Positions 23,480-36,295 of a DNA stretch of 64,000 nucleotides are shown piece by piece (position 1 is the stretch's first letter; the number at the start of each line of letters is the position of its first letter). The notes below the pieces were generated by a model that saw only the letters and a list, made by a program, of their open reading frames with translations, was not told where the DNA came from and ran no database searches. The translations under genes and the position numbers were made by a program. The stretch is from Scyliorhinus canicula (Eukaryota), in NCBI RefSeq assembly GCF_902713615.1, contig NC_052155.1, forward strand, positions 161,113,828 through 161,177,827, given 5' to 3'.

Positions 23480-25475
23480 AAATTCATCCCAAGGAGGAGG
23501 AAACATGTTAAGGGAAGGATGAGGCACTGCCTGCCGAGGGAAGTCGGGGACGGCGCAACATAAGCAAAAGAGAAAGCAAACAATGTGGCGAGGATTAGTG
23601 GGAAGCTAGAGGATTGGGAACACTTCAGAAGCGAACAATTGTAAAAAGCAGTATTGGGGGGGGGGGGGGGGGGAGGAGGAGAGACGATAATGAGTGTAAG
23701 CTAGCTAGTAAATAAAAGAAGATGGCAAGAGTTTTGTTTCGATTCGATTATATAAAAGGTAAGAGAGAGAGGCAAGAATGGACATTGGACCACTGGCAAA
23801 TGAGGCTCCAGAAGTAGTAATGGGGAACAAAGAAATGGCCGCGGAACTGAATCGGAACTTTGCATCAGTCTTCATGGTGGATGACACCAAGAGAGTTGGG
23901 GTAGAGATGAGTGTCGTGGTCATCACTAAGGGGAAGGTGCTGAGGAAGCTGAAAGGTCGGAAAGTAGATAAATCACTCGGACTAGATGGACTACACCCCA
24001 GGCTTATGAAGGAGATTGTGGAGGCATTGGTAATAATCATTCAGGAATCTTTGGTGTCAGGGAGGGTCCCAGGGGACTGAAAAATGGTTAATGTAATACC
24101 CCTGTTTAAGAAGGGAGGGAGGCTGATGACTGGAAATTATAGGCGCCTTAGCCTGACTTCGATTATTGGTATGATTTTGGAGTCCATTATTAAGGTTGAG
24201 ATTGCAGAGTAGTTGGTGCGTGGTAAAATAGAACTGAGTTAGCACAGCTTCCTCAAGGGGAGGTCATGCCTGAAAAATCTGTTAGACTTCTTTGAGGCGG
24301 TAACGAGGAAGTTAGACAAAGGAGAGCCAGTGCATGTGATGTATTTGGTTTTCCAGAAGGCCTTTGAAAAGGTGCCATCCAGGAGGCTGCTAAATAAGAT
24401 AGGAGCCCATGACATGGATAGAGGACTGGCAGAGGCAGAGAAGGGAGATAAAAGGGTCTTTTTCAGGATGGCAGCCGGTGACTAGTGGTGTTGTGCACGG
24501 GTCAGGGTTGGGACCAGTATTATTCACAATATACATTAACGATACAGAAGTAGGAACTGAGAGCATTGTTGCCAAGTTTGCAGATGATACAAAGATGTGT
24601 AGAGGGTCAGGTAATGTTGAGGAAGTGGGGAGGCTACAGAAGGACTTTGACAGACTCTGAGAGTGGGCAGCAGATAGAATATTACAAGGTGGAAAAATGT
24701 AAGGTTTATGCACTTTAGAAGGGAAAATAGAGACACAGATTATTTTCTAAAGGGGGAAATGCTTCGGAAATCTGAAGCACAAAGGGAATTCAGAGTCCTA
24801 GTTCAGGATTCTCCTTAAGGTTAACATGCAGGTTCAGTTAGCAGTTTGGAAGGCAAATCAATGTATTCACTTTGAGAGGGCTAGAATACAAAAGCAGGGA
24901 TATACTGCTGAGGCTGTATAAGGATCTGGTCAGATCCCATTTTGGAATACTGTGAGCAGTGTTGGGTCCCGTATCAAAGAATGATGTACTGGCCTTGGAG
25001 AGGGTCCAGCGGAGGTTCACAAGAATGATCCCCGGAATTAAGGGCTTGTCATATGAGGAGCGGTTGAGGACATTGGGTCTGTACGTGAAAGAGTTTAGAA
25101 GGATGAGGGGGATCTCGCTGAAACTTACAGAATACTGAGAGGCCTAGATAGAGTGGACATGGAGAAGATGTTTCCAGTAGTAGGAGAGACAAGAGCCCAA
25201 GGGAACAGCCTCTGACAGAAAGGACAAACCTTTAAAACTGAGGTGATGAGGAATTTCCTTCATCTGTAATCTGTGGAATTCATTGCCGCAGAAGGCTATT
25301 GAGGCCAAGTTACTGAGTGTTTCTAAGACAAAGATAGATAGATTCTTGATTAGTAAGAGGATCGGGGGTTATGGGGAGACGGCAGGAGAATGGGGATAAA
25401 AAAACATATCAGCAATGATTAAATGGCGGAACTGACCCGATAGGCCAAGTGGCCTAATTCTGCTGTTAAGTCTTA
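23480..25475 (+). mobile_element. Degenerate CR1 LINE (ORF2)
   Basis: Fragmented ORFs with IGPL.NE..EVVMGNKEMA.ELN, DGLHPR, WQPVTSGV and AKFADDTK; CR1 3' end. Confidence 0.88.
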
Positions 25476-25937
25476 TAGTAATAGGCTGTATATCCGAGTG
25501 AGGCAAAATGGGATTCCTCCTCCAGTAATCAGCTTGTACGGTGCAGTTCAGCTGGTTTCGACTTTGCTCATCAGCTTTTCCAGTTATCTGGATTGTTGTG
25601 AGACCTGATGCTAAATCCTTGGTGGGAACCTGATTGAGATGCTGAAGAAGAACAGGAGAGGGGGGGAAACTGGGAACATTTCTACCAATGTGACAGAAAT
25701 TAAATGTGAATACAGGAAAGGAACAAGTCAAGAATTTCTCCAGTTTTTGAGGATTGAGCAGTTCACAATCACTTTGCCATCTGTAGCTGTGTGATGTTTC
25801 CAGTCATCTTGACGGACTTTTTTTTTCTGAAATTGAGGAATGTTCCTTTTACATTTTTGGATACAGGTGCATGCATAAATAATACAGCTCACTCTTCCGT
25901 TTAAATTGTCAACCTTGAATCTTTTTGTGTCTTGCAG

Positions 25938-26066
25938 CATCCAGGTGGCGAAGAAGTGCTGAAGGAGCAAGCCGGAGGCGATGCTTCAGAAGCTTTTGAT
26001 GATGTTGGACATTCTAGCGATGCACGAGAAATGACCAAAAAATATCTCATAGGAGAACTTCATCCT
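25938..26066 (+). CDS. CYB5A: Cytochrome b5 exon 2 ([43 protein letters not shown])
   Basis: Acceptor cttgcag|CAT, donor CCT|gtgagt; 129 nt; contains both axial heme histidines. Confidence 0.97.
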
Positions 26067-26454
26067 GTGAGTCCTGTAATTACTGCTATATTTGTTTTTG
26101 TGTTAGGAACTGGATAATGCAAAGTACTCCTTCAACAGAGAGCTTGGCTAAGGAAAACATGTTCAGTAGAGCCTCTTTCTACTCTGCCTGTAGCAAGAGT
26201 ACAACATCATATTGGTCAGTGCATTTAACAGGCGAAATGTATCCACCTAAATGACCCCTCCTATAAATGGTGAGCTCCGTACTTCAATTTTCTCCCAAAT
26301 GGCAGCTTGGGACATATCAACGTCCAAGTTTGATATTCACTCCATGGCCTCTGTGATGGATAGTGAATAAAAACACTTGAATTTATTTATGACTGGACAT
26401 GCCAGAGTGCTTTGTCTAGTGGATTACTTTTGATGTGTAGCAATCATTATAATG

Positions 26455-29332
26455 GAACGAAGAACAAAGACAATTACAGCACAGGAACAGGCCCTTCGGC
26501 ACTCCCAGCCTGCGCCGATCCAGATCCTTTATCTAAACCTGTCTCCTATTTTCCAAGGTCTACTTCCCTCTGTTCCCGCCCATTCATATACCTGTCTAGA
26601 TGCTTCTTAAATGATGCTATCGTGCCCGCCTCTACCACCTCCGCTGGTAAAGCGTTCCAGGCACCCACCACCCTCTGCGTAAAAAAACTTTCCACGCACC
26701 TCTCCGTTAAACTTTCTCCCCCTCACCTTGAAATCATGACATCTTGTAACTGACACCCCCACTCTTGGGAAAAGCTTGTTGCTGTTCACCCTGTCCATAC
26801 CCCTCATAATTTTGTAGACCTCAATCAGGTCCCCCCTCAACCTCCGTCTTTCCAACGAAAACAATCCTAATCTACTCGACCTTTCTTCATAACTAGCACC
26901 CTCCATACCAGGCAACATCCTGGTGAACCTCCTCTGCACCCTCTCCAAGGCATCCACATCCTTCTGGTAATGTGGCGACCAGAACTGCACGCAGTATTCC
27001 AAATGTGGCCGAACCAAAGTCCTATACAACTGTAACATGACCTTCCAACTCTTGTACTCAATACCCCGTCCGATGAAGGCAAGCATGCTGTATGCCTTCT
27101 TGACCACTCTATCAACCTGCGTTGCCACCTTCAGGGTACAATGGACCTGAACTCCCAGATCTCTGTGCACATCAATTTTCTCCAAGACCCTTCCATTGAC
27201 CATATAGTCCGCTCTTGAATTTGATCTTCCAAAATGCATCACCTCGCATTTGCCTAGATTGAACTCCATCTGCCATTTCTCTGCCCAACTCTCCAATCTA
27301 TCTATATTTTGTTGTATTCTTTGACAGTCCTCCTCGCTATCTGCAACTCCACCAATCTTAGTATCATCTGCAAACTTGCTAATCAGACCACCTGTACCTT
27401 CCTCCAGGTCATTTATGTAGATCACAAACAACAGTGGTCCGAGCACGGATCCCTGTGGAACACCACTAGTCACCCTTCTCCATTTTGAGACACTCCCTCC
27501 ACCACTACTATCTGTCTCCTGTTGCCCAGCCAGTTCTTTATCCATCTAGCTAGTACACCCTGAACCCCATACGACTTCACTTTTTCCAACAATCTGCCAT
27601 GGGAAACTTTATCAAACGCCTTACTAAAGTCCATGTATACGACATCTACAGCCCTTCCCTCATCAATTAACTTTGTCACTTCCTCAAAGAATTCTATTAG
27701 GTTTGTAAGACATGACCTTCCCTGCACAAAACCATGCTGCCTATCACTGATAAGTCTATTTTCTTCCAGATGTGAATAGATCCTATCCCTCAGTATCTTC
27801 TCCAACAGTTTGCCTACCACTGACGTCAAGCTCACAGGTCTATAATTCCCTGGATTATCCCTGCTACCCTTCTTAAACAAAGGGACAACATTAGCAATTC
27901 TCCAGTCCTCCGGGACCTCACCCGTGCTCAAGGATGCTGCAAAGATATCTGTTAAGGCCCCAGCTATTTCGACCCTAGCTTCCCTCAGTAACCTGGTATA
28001 GATCCCATCCGGTCCTGCGGACTTATCCATCTTAATGTCTTTTAGAATACTCAAAACATCCCCCTTCTGTATGACAACTTGACTGAGAGTATTTAAACAT
28101 CCATCCCTAGCCTCAACATCCGTCTTGTCCCTCTCCTTTGTGAATACCAATGCAAAGTACTCATTAAGAATCTCGCCCATTTCCTCTGAGTCCACGCATA
28201 AATTCCCTCTTTTGTCTTTAAGTGGGCCAATCCTTTCCCTAGTTACCCTCTTGCTCCTTACATACGAATAAAATGCTTTGGGATTTTCCTTAATCCTGTT
28301 AGCCAAAGATATTTCATGACCCCTTTTAGCCCTCTTTATTGCGCGTTTGAGATTCGTCCAACTTTTTCCGATATTCCTCCAAAGCTTCATCAGTTTTGAG
28401 TTGTCTCGATCCTATGTATGCTTCCTTTTTCATCTTGGCTAGTCTCACAATTTCACCCGTCATCCATGGTTCCCTAATCTTGCCATTTCTATCTTTCATT
28501 TTCACAGGAACATGTCTGTCCTGCACTCTAATCAACCTTTCCTTAAAAGACTTCCACATTTCAAATGTGGATTTACCCTTAAACAGCTGCTCCCAATCCA
28601 CATTCCCTAGCTCCTGCCGAATTTTGTTATACTCTGCCTTTCCCCAATTTAGTACTCTTCCTTTCGGACCCCTCTTGTCCTTGTCCATGAGTATTCTAAA
28701 ACTTACGGAATTGTGATCGCTATTCCCAAAGTAATCACCGACTGAAACATCAACCACCTGGCCGGGATCATTCCCCAATACCAGGTCCAGTATGTCCCCT
28801 TCCCGAGTTGGACTATTTACGTACTGCTCTAAAAAACTCTTCTAGATGCTCCTTACAAACTCTGCTCCATCTACGCCTCCAACACTACACGAACCCATTC
28901 AATGTTGGGGAAGTTAAAATCTCCCATCACAACCACCCTATTGCTCCTACATTTTTCTATAATCTGTCTGCATATTTGTACCTCTACTTCATGCTCGCTT
29001 TTGGGAGGCCTGTAGTAAAGTCCCAACAATGTTGCTGCACCCTTCCTATTTCTCAGCTCCACCCATATTGCCTCAGTGCTTGAATCCTCCATCATGCCCC
29101 CCTTAATCACAGCTGTGATATCATCTCTGACGAGTAATGCAACTCCTCCACCCCTTCTACCTCCCTCTCTATCCCTCCTGAAGCATCTATACCCTGGGAT
29201 ATTCAGTTGCCAGTCCTGCCCTTCCCTCAACCAAGTCTCAGTAATACCAATAGCATCATATTCCCAGGTACTGATCCAAGCCCCAAGTTCATCTGCCTTA
29301 CCTGCTACACTTCTCGCATTAAAACAAATGCA
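26455..29332 (-). mobile_element. Near-complete CR1 ORF2 (APE endonuclease + RT), antisense to CYB5A
   Basis: Four overlapping ORFs (28871-29371, 28326-28778, 27470-28390, 26607-27545) with ITETWL, GDFN, SDH, FADDTK and RPHLEYC; about three frameshifts; 3' tail near 26455. Confidence 0.95.
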
Positions 29333-30474
29333 CCATGGAGGCAGCTTGGCAGCCACAGCAAGGTCCCACAAAGAACAATGTGATTAATGATCCAATGATC
29401 TGTTACTTTTACTGATGTTTTTTGAGGAATAAATGACTGTGCCACTGAGAAACCTTTTCCATCCACCTAAGAGGGAAGAAAGAGCCTCTGTTTAATATTT
29501 CATTTGAGAAATGGCACCTCCAACTGTGCAGCACTCTGTGTAGTGGAGTCTCAGCCAAACCCACAACAGTAGATGCCATTCTTTGGAGAATAGTGGTTCA
29601 TGGTTTGCACATAAAAACTCATAATGCTCTCTGTCATCTTCTACTTATGTAACATGCGGTTGGAGCTTGCAAGTGTGACTGTGCCTTGTGAAGCCAGGAG
29701 TTTTATTCGTGAGTCCATGATCAAGCCTTGATTCTTGACCCTGTTTACTCCCTGGGTCGGTACTTGCTTTTCGGTGAGAGTTCTGAGGTTTTGAGAGATC
29801 TACCTGCTGAGCAGAAGGGATTCCTGGACTTAAGACAACACCTTTGAAACATAGTCATCGGTGTCTACAGCACAGAAATGGCCCTTCACATGTACGCCGG
29901 TCAAAAACCATTACCTCCATACTCTCATCCCATTTTCCAGCACTTGGACAATAGCCTTGCCTTCACAAATGCACATCTAAATACTACTTAAATGTTCTGA
30001 GGGTCTCTGCCTCTACCACGGTTTTCAAGCAGTGCGTTTCAGACTCCCAGCATCCTCTGGGTGAAAAAGCTTTTCCTAGCATCCCCTCAACCTCCTGCCC
30101 CTTACCTTAAATCTATGCCTCCGGTTATTGATCCTTCCACTAACTGGGAAAAGTTTCTGCCTGTCTACTCCACCTATGCCCCTCATAATTTTATACATCT
30201 CAATCATGCCCCCCCCCCCCCCCCCCCCCCCCATTAATCGCCTCTGCTCCATGGAAAACAACAATGTCCATCTAATCTCTCTTCATAAAACTTTTCAGCC
30301 CAGACAATATCCTGATAAATCTCCTCTGTAACCTTTCCAGTGCTATCACATCACTCCTATGATGTGGATTCCAGAACTGCACACACTACTCCAGCTGTGG
30401 CCTGTGGAGTTCCAGCATAACTTCCCTGCTCTTCCTCGGCTAATAAAGCCAAGTATACCATATGCCTTTTTTTT

Positions 30475-30690
30475 TCTTGTTTTTTTTTTAATTTAGTGTA
30501 CCCAATTAGTTTTTTTCCAATTAAGGGGCAATTTAGTGTGTTCAATCCACCTACCTTACACATCTTTGGGTTGTGGGGGCGAAACCCACGCAAACACGGG
30601 GAGAATGTGCAAACTCCACACGGACAGTGACCCAGAGCCGGGATCGAACCTGGGACCTTGGCGCCGTGAGGCAACAGGGCTAACCCACCC
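30475..30690 (-). mobile_element. tRNA-derived SINE (antisense)
   Basis: Same subfamily as 6205-6428. Confidence 0.75.
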
Positions 30691-31070
30691 ATATGCCTTC
30701 TTAACCAGTGCCTTCTTAACCCATGTATCTACTTGTCCTTTGCTACCCTAAGCGATTGGTGTACATGCTCACCAAGATCCCTCTGATCCTCAGTGCTTCC
30801 CAGGGCCCTGTTGTTTATCATGCATTCACTTGCCTTGTTTGTGCTGCCCAAGTGCATCTCCTCTAAATTATCTGGATTGAATTCCATTTGTCTCTGACCA
30901 GCCCATCTATATCCTCCTGTAACCAAGGCTATCCTCCTCATTATTTACCACCCACAAACTTTCGTATATCTAAGATATAGGCAAGCAACCACGGGCAAGC
31001 AATGATGGATTGGAGCAAAATGTTTTTGTTTGACTTACTCACTCACTACAGACTATTCCCCGAAGGGTCC

Positions 31071-32277
31071 TGTAGAAGTCAGGTATTTTAAATACACTTA
31101 ATATAGGTAAGAAGACTGTTTAAGACAGAAATATTAAATCCCAGTTTTAAAATGAAAGAAATATACAACTTCCAAACTCAGACATGTGTTTGGGAAAAAC
31201 AGAACCACTGATAAAAACATCACATTCTTTCAAGGGCAGCAGCAAAATCCCATGGATTTTAAGGTGGTATAATCAAAGGACCCATTGTTTTGAATTCTGG
31301 CCACTTGTGATAACAGCCTGAACCACATTCCATAACGTATGCAAGCTGAAACATTTTAAACTGTGTCAAAATACAGTTTCATTTATATTTTCGAAATAAT
31401 AGTATGATGAGATGACATAATGTTTTAATTGTTGCAGATAAGCAACAATTGGAAGTGGCGTTGCATTGGGAGGATGGACGGCTTGTTATCAAATCAAATG
31501 TGTTTTGAATATAGTTTAAACCAATTAGGATTATATTGGGGTGTGATCGGATCGCTTAAGACAGATACCAAAGAGTATATCCATGGATAATTTGGCCACC
31601 ATTTTAAGACTAGAGACAAGAGACTAGAAGGCAAGAAGACAGACAAGTCAGAGAGACAGACAGAAAGACACAGAGAGAAAGAGACAGGAAAGAGACAAAG
31701 AGAACAAGGCAGAAAGAGAGAGAGAGAGAGAGTAAAGGAAGAGAATTAGAAAAGAGTTCTGTATTCCTATTTCATTTTCATACTTTAACTTCAGCCGTTG
31801 ACTTTTAAAGTTGTGTTCAGGCTATTGTCTCAGAAGATAATTCCTGTGATTCTTTGAAGAAAATCAAATTGTCTACAAACTACCTTTTAAATCATTTTCA
31901 AGTTGTAACCAATGAACTTCAATAAAACAATTCTTATTTGCACCTGACAAGTTTTTAACTTGAATTTCTACTGAGTTTCAGCAATGTCTCACCAACAACC
32001 GGCAACCGTAATTTAAATAAAACTGGATTCAAATCCTAAGATATAACACTTGAAATCCTAAGATACTACAATTGGCGTAGTCGGGCAGCGGGGGAGGAGT
32101 TCTGATTCGACCTTTGGAGAGGTTCGGAAAGCTTCGTGAGAAATCGGAGGAGGAACAGGCGACGACTTGAATTTCTACTGAGTTTCAGCAATGTCTCACC
32201 AACAACCGGCAACCGTAATTTAAATAAAACTGGATTCAAATCCTAAGATATAACACTTGAAATCCTAAGATACTACA
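31071..32277 (+). mobile_element. Internally deleted ERV-like/LTR element: 5' LTR 31071-32070, tRNA-Ser PBS, 94-bp internal remnant, terminal 113 bp of the 3' LTR
   Basis: TGTAG...CTACA termini; TSD GGTCC at 31066-31070 and 32278-32282; TGGCGTAGTCGG at 32073-32084; 31958-32070 identical to 32165-32277. Confidence 0.88.
32073..32090 (+). other. Primer-binding site complementary to the 3' end of tRNA-Ser
   Basis: TGGCGTAGTCGG(GCAG) lies 2 nt after the LTR end and matches the start of the Ser PBS consensus TGGCGTAGTCGGCAGGAT. Confidence 0.8.
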
Positions 32278-35050
32278 GGTCCCCCGATCCTGGCCCACAC
32301 TCGGGTTGGGGTATTTATCTTGTTGGGCACCTTTGCCCCTCATCTAGGAAGATCATGCTCTGGTGAGACCATAGCCTCAGGTTGGGTTACAAAGCGCTGC
32401 CCCCCCCCCCCCCCCCCCCCCCCCTTTCAAAGCTGAAACATCCCCCATTCCGATGGCTGGAGGGTTCTGCTCCTTGGACCGTTTGCCTGGGGCTGCCTTT
32501 AGGGGTGTCTGTTGTATCATGTAATGGACTGGGGAGTGGCGTTTTCAGGCTGACATTCCGAGTGGAATGAACTCGCTGGGGCCAACGAATGGCCCCAGGT
32601 TTACGGCAACCTCGGTTGGTTGAGTTTCCATGTCTGATTCCTGGTCTGAGGTATCAGCTTCCCACATCTCCAATCCGCGGGGCAAGTCACTCTCAAAATA
32701 TTGCTATGGCAGCTGCGCTGGAGGAAGAGGTACCACTGCTCTTGGGATCTCGGGGTGGTCTTTGAGGACCTCCTGGGTCCGGTTCCGGAGGTGGTCCAAG
32801 TGCCTGTTTGACTCTTTCCCTTGTCCTCGTACTGAGTAACAGACCGGTCCCGACTGTTTCACCGTGACACCCGGAATCCACAGCGAAAAACTGCATGTAG
32901 ACCGTGTCGCATGCGGCAAATTCCCAGATCTGTCTGATTGCCTCGTGTCGGGGTGCTCTTGCCTGTGGCAGACCTTCACCCCAATGTCCGGCACGACAGG
33001 GTTGTGTGCACAGCCAACGTCCCACCAGTAGCTCGGAGGGTGCTACCATGGTGGTGGAGTATGGTGTGGTATGGTAATAAAACAAAAACAAGGCCTATGG
33101 GGAACCTGAGGTTTGTTTTACGCATGCCCATCTCGAAGGTCTGCACGGCTCGCTCACCAACCCATTGGATGACTGGTGGTAAGGTGCCGTCTTGCATGGC
33201 GGACGCCATTTGTCTGCAGGATATTCTGAGCTGGTAAATGCCGTGCCGTTGTCCGACACTAAAACCTCTGGGATTCCATGGACGCTGAAGGTCTGGCGGA
33301 GCTTCTTATTCGCGAACTGTGATGTTGTCGTCATCTTGCAGTGGATGTCTAACCACTTCAACTGGGCATCCACTATTAGCAGAAACATTGAGCCTTGGAA
33401 AGAGCCAGCAATATCTATGTGTAATCATGACCACGACTGGCCCGTCCACTCCCACGGGTGGAGGGGTGCCGCATGTGATGCTCTTGGCACCATGTGCATT
33501 GTCTTGCCAGAGCTTTGATGCCAGCTTCGATCCATGTCACGCGGTTCAACGTCATTTTGTAGCCCCCGCACAACCTGACTGTTCCATCAGGTTTCATCAC
33601 TGGAACTATTGGCGCTGCCCAATCAGCGATCTGCACTGGGTAGATGATCCCTAAATGCTCTGATCGGTCCAGCTCCACATCCACTTTCAGCTTCACGGCA
33701 TAGGGAATGGGGTGGGTGTGAAAGTACTGCGGCTGGGCCGTGGGATGCACAAAAATCTTGGCAGCAGTACCTCAGATGCTCCCGAAACCTTCCTTTAATA
33801 CTGGTGGAAATTTCGCAGGCACCGCATCTGGCCCATCAGAGCACATCTGGCACAATTGCTGCCAGTCCAATCAGAGGCGCTTTAGCCAATATCGGCCTAG
33901 CAGGCTGGGGCCCGTCCCTCGGACTACCACCAATGTTAGATTTGCGGATTGTCCCCCTTACTCCATGGGGACCTCTGAAGACGCCTCTGATTTCTAACAG
34001 CTCACCCTTGTACATTGCCAGCCTTGTCTTGTAGCTCCGAATATTGGATACCCGAAAGAACATTGTCGAATGGGTGTCTGCTTACCATGGGCATTTCAGT
34101 CCCGGTCTCCAACTTGTGAGGATTGGGACCCATTTAACCAACTTGGTCAGATGTGACGACCCCTTAACAAAACCATGCTGACTGTCCTTGATTAATCCCT
34201 GCCTCCCCAAATGAAGATTAATTTGGTGTCTCACAATTGCTTCCAATAGTTTCCCTGCCACTGAGTTAGACTGACTGGCCTGTAGTTCCCTGGTTTATCC
34301 CTTCCTCCCTTCTTGAATAATGGTACCACATTGGTATCCTCTAGTCCTCCGGCACCTCTCCTGTGGCCAGAGAGGAGTAGAAAATTATTTCCAGGGCCCC
34401 TGCTATTTCCTGTCTTGGCTGACTCAGCAGCCTGAGTTACATTTCACCTGGCCCTGGAGATCTGTTTACTTTTAAACCTGCCAGACCACTCGGAACCTCT
34501 CCCAGTCTGCGTTTAGTTCTTGTTAATCACAGTGCTTCTCCCCGATTTCTGTACCTACGTGGCCCTTTCACTAGTGAACACCAACACAAAGTATTCATTT
34601 AGATTCCTACGACTTTCAGCTTCCACACACAAATTAGCACTGTGGTCCTTAATGGGCCCTACTCTTTCCCTCGTTATCCTTTTACCTTTTAATGTATTTG
34701 TGAAACAACTCTGGATTTTCCTTTACTTTACCTGCCAGAATACCTTCATTTCTCATTGTTGCTCTCCTATTTTGCTTTTTAAGTTCTCGCTTGCACATTC
34801 TAAACTCCTCTAAGGTTTTTTCGTTATGAACCTTCAATATCTGCCGTAAGCCTCCTTTTCTCTCCTTATCCAATGCTGTGTATCCCTCGATATTCAAGGT
34901 TCACTGGATATGCAAGTCCCACACTTTTTCTTGATTGGAACGTGTTAACCTTGTACTCTCCCTATTTCCGTCTTGAATGCGGCCCACTCTTCTGTCACAG
35001 ATTTGCCTAAAAATGTCTTCTCCGCGCCCACTCTGGCCAAATAATAATCC

Positions 35051-35457
35051 GGGACGGAATTCTCCGACCCCCCCGGGGCCCACCGATCCGCGAGCGGGCC
35101 TGTGCCATGGGGGCACTCTTTTTTTTTTTTTTCTTCCGCTCCCGCCATGGCCTTCACCATGGCGGGGGCGGAAGAGACCCCCTCCCCTGCGCATGCGCCG
35201 GTATGACGTCAGCAGCTGCTGACGCTCCGGCGCATGTGCTGACTTTCACCGGCCGGCAAAGGCCTTTTGGCCCCGGCTGGCGGGGCGCCAAAGGCCGTTC
35301 GCGCCGGCCGGCGGAGTGGAAACCAGTCCGGCGCGGGCCTAACCCCTAAAGGTGCGGAGAATTCCGCACGTTTGGGGAGGCCCGACGCCGGAGTGGTTCA
35401 CGCCACTGCGTCCCGCTGGGACCGCCCGCCCCGCCGGGTAGGGGAGAATCCCGGCCC
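35051..35457. mobile_element. GC-rich Harbinger-like MITE inserted in CR1
   Basis: TIRs GGGACGGAATTCTCC / GGAGAATCCCGGCCC; CR1 sequence is continuous on both sides. Confidence 0.78.
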
Positions 35458-36124
35458 TGATCTTATTAAAATCGACCTTTCCCACCCCCACCGTAGTTTA
35501 GATCTGCGGCCCATCCTCATCCGTTTCCATCATAATCTTGAATTTAGCAGAGTTATGATCACCGTCTGCAAAATGCTCCCCCACTGTGCTTTGTTACCTA
35601 AAATTAAATGCCGGACTGCTCCCTCTCTTGTAGGACCTTCTATATACTGGCTTAAAAAGTTCTCCTGGATGCACTTTAAGAATTTTGCTTGCTCTTCTGG
35701 AGGTCTTCATTGGTATATAGTTCCAGGGTTCCTAGTTCTGTTTGATTATTGCTACTTTTCTTCTGACTGGCAGTGGTAAGATATGTAGAAGGTCAGGGAA
35801 CTAGGCTATACTTTAGAGGTCTCCCTTTTAACCCCTTTATTTTATGCTGTTTCAACTTTTCTAACCATTCCTTGTAGCCTACCACATTGATACTTTAGGT
35901 CAGTCTTTTTGTGAATAATTTCTAATGAAAACAAAGCCATTACATAGTAGGGTGACAAAATCTGAATATAATAGTCTGCCTTGATATAAATTATACAACT
36001 TCTGCCAATTTATAAGGGATGACTCTGTGATCGGACATTCCTTGTGCGAATGGCCTCTTTTTGAGATGCAGGGATTCGATAGATATATTACAACATCCTC
36101 CTTTCTTTTGGGCGACCTGCTGCC

Positions 36125-36295
36125 AGTGTTTAGCACTGCTGCCTCGCAGCACCAGGGACTTGGGTTCGATTCCTGCCTTGGGTGATTCTCTGTGTGGTGT
36201 TTGCACATTCTCCCACTGACAAAAGATGAACAGGTTAGGTGGATTGGCCATGCTAAATTTCCCCTTAGTATCCAAAGTGTTCGGTGAGGTTACAG
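36125..36295 (+). mobile_element. tRNA-derived SINE (partial)
   Basis: TAGCACTGCTGCCTC...GGTTCGATTCC...GGTTAGGTGGATTGGCCATGCTAAATT. Confidence 0.7.

Larger units (their letters stand above)
30975..34140 (-). mobile_element. Degenerate Gypsy retrotransposon (pol remnants, PPT, 3' LTR split by the ERV-like insert)
   Basis: Minus-strand fragments: WAAPIVPVMKPDGTVRLCG.YK.TLN (RT), FLLIVDA..KWLDI, PEVLVSDNGTAFTS, TAPYH.SSNG (IN). The G-rich PPT (C-run 32400-32424 on +) precedes TGTAAC at 32391 on the minus strand. Confidence 0.85.
29850..35690 (-). mobile_element. Degenerate CR1 LINE split by nested insertions
   Basis: RT C-terminus and 3' end at ~29850-30970; upstream ORF2 remnants (QHGF, ENP..F.KYIK) at ~34155-35690 on the same strand. 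Confidence 0.75.

Noticed and set aside
31958-32277. Direct repeat with spacer read as a CRISPR-like or simple tandem array
   Set aside because: Only two 113-bp copies; fully explained as LTR ends around a PBS, with a TSD
34901-35779. ORFs spanning 34901-35779
   Set aside because: Chimeric frames across a MITE and antisense CR1 sequence
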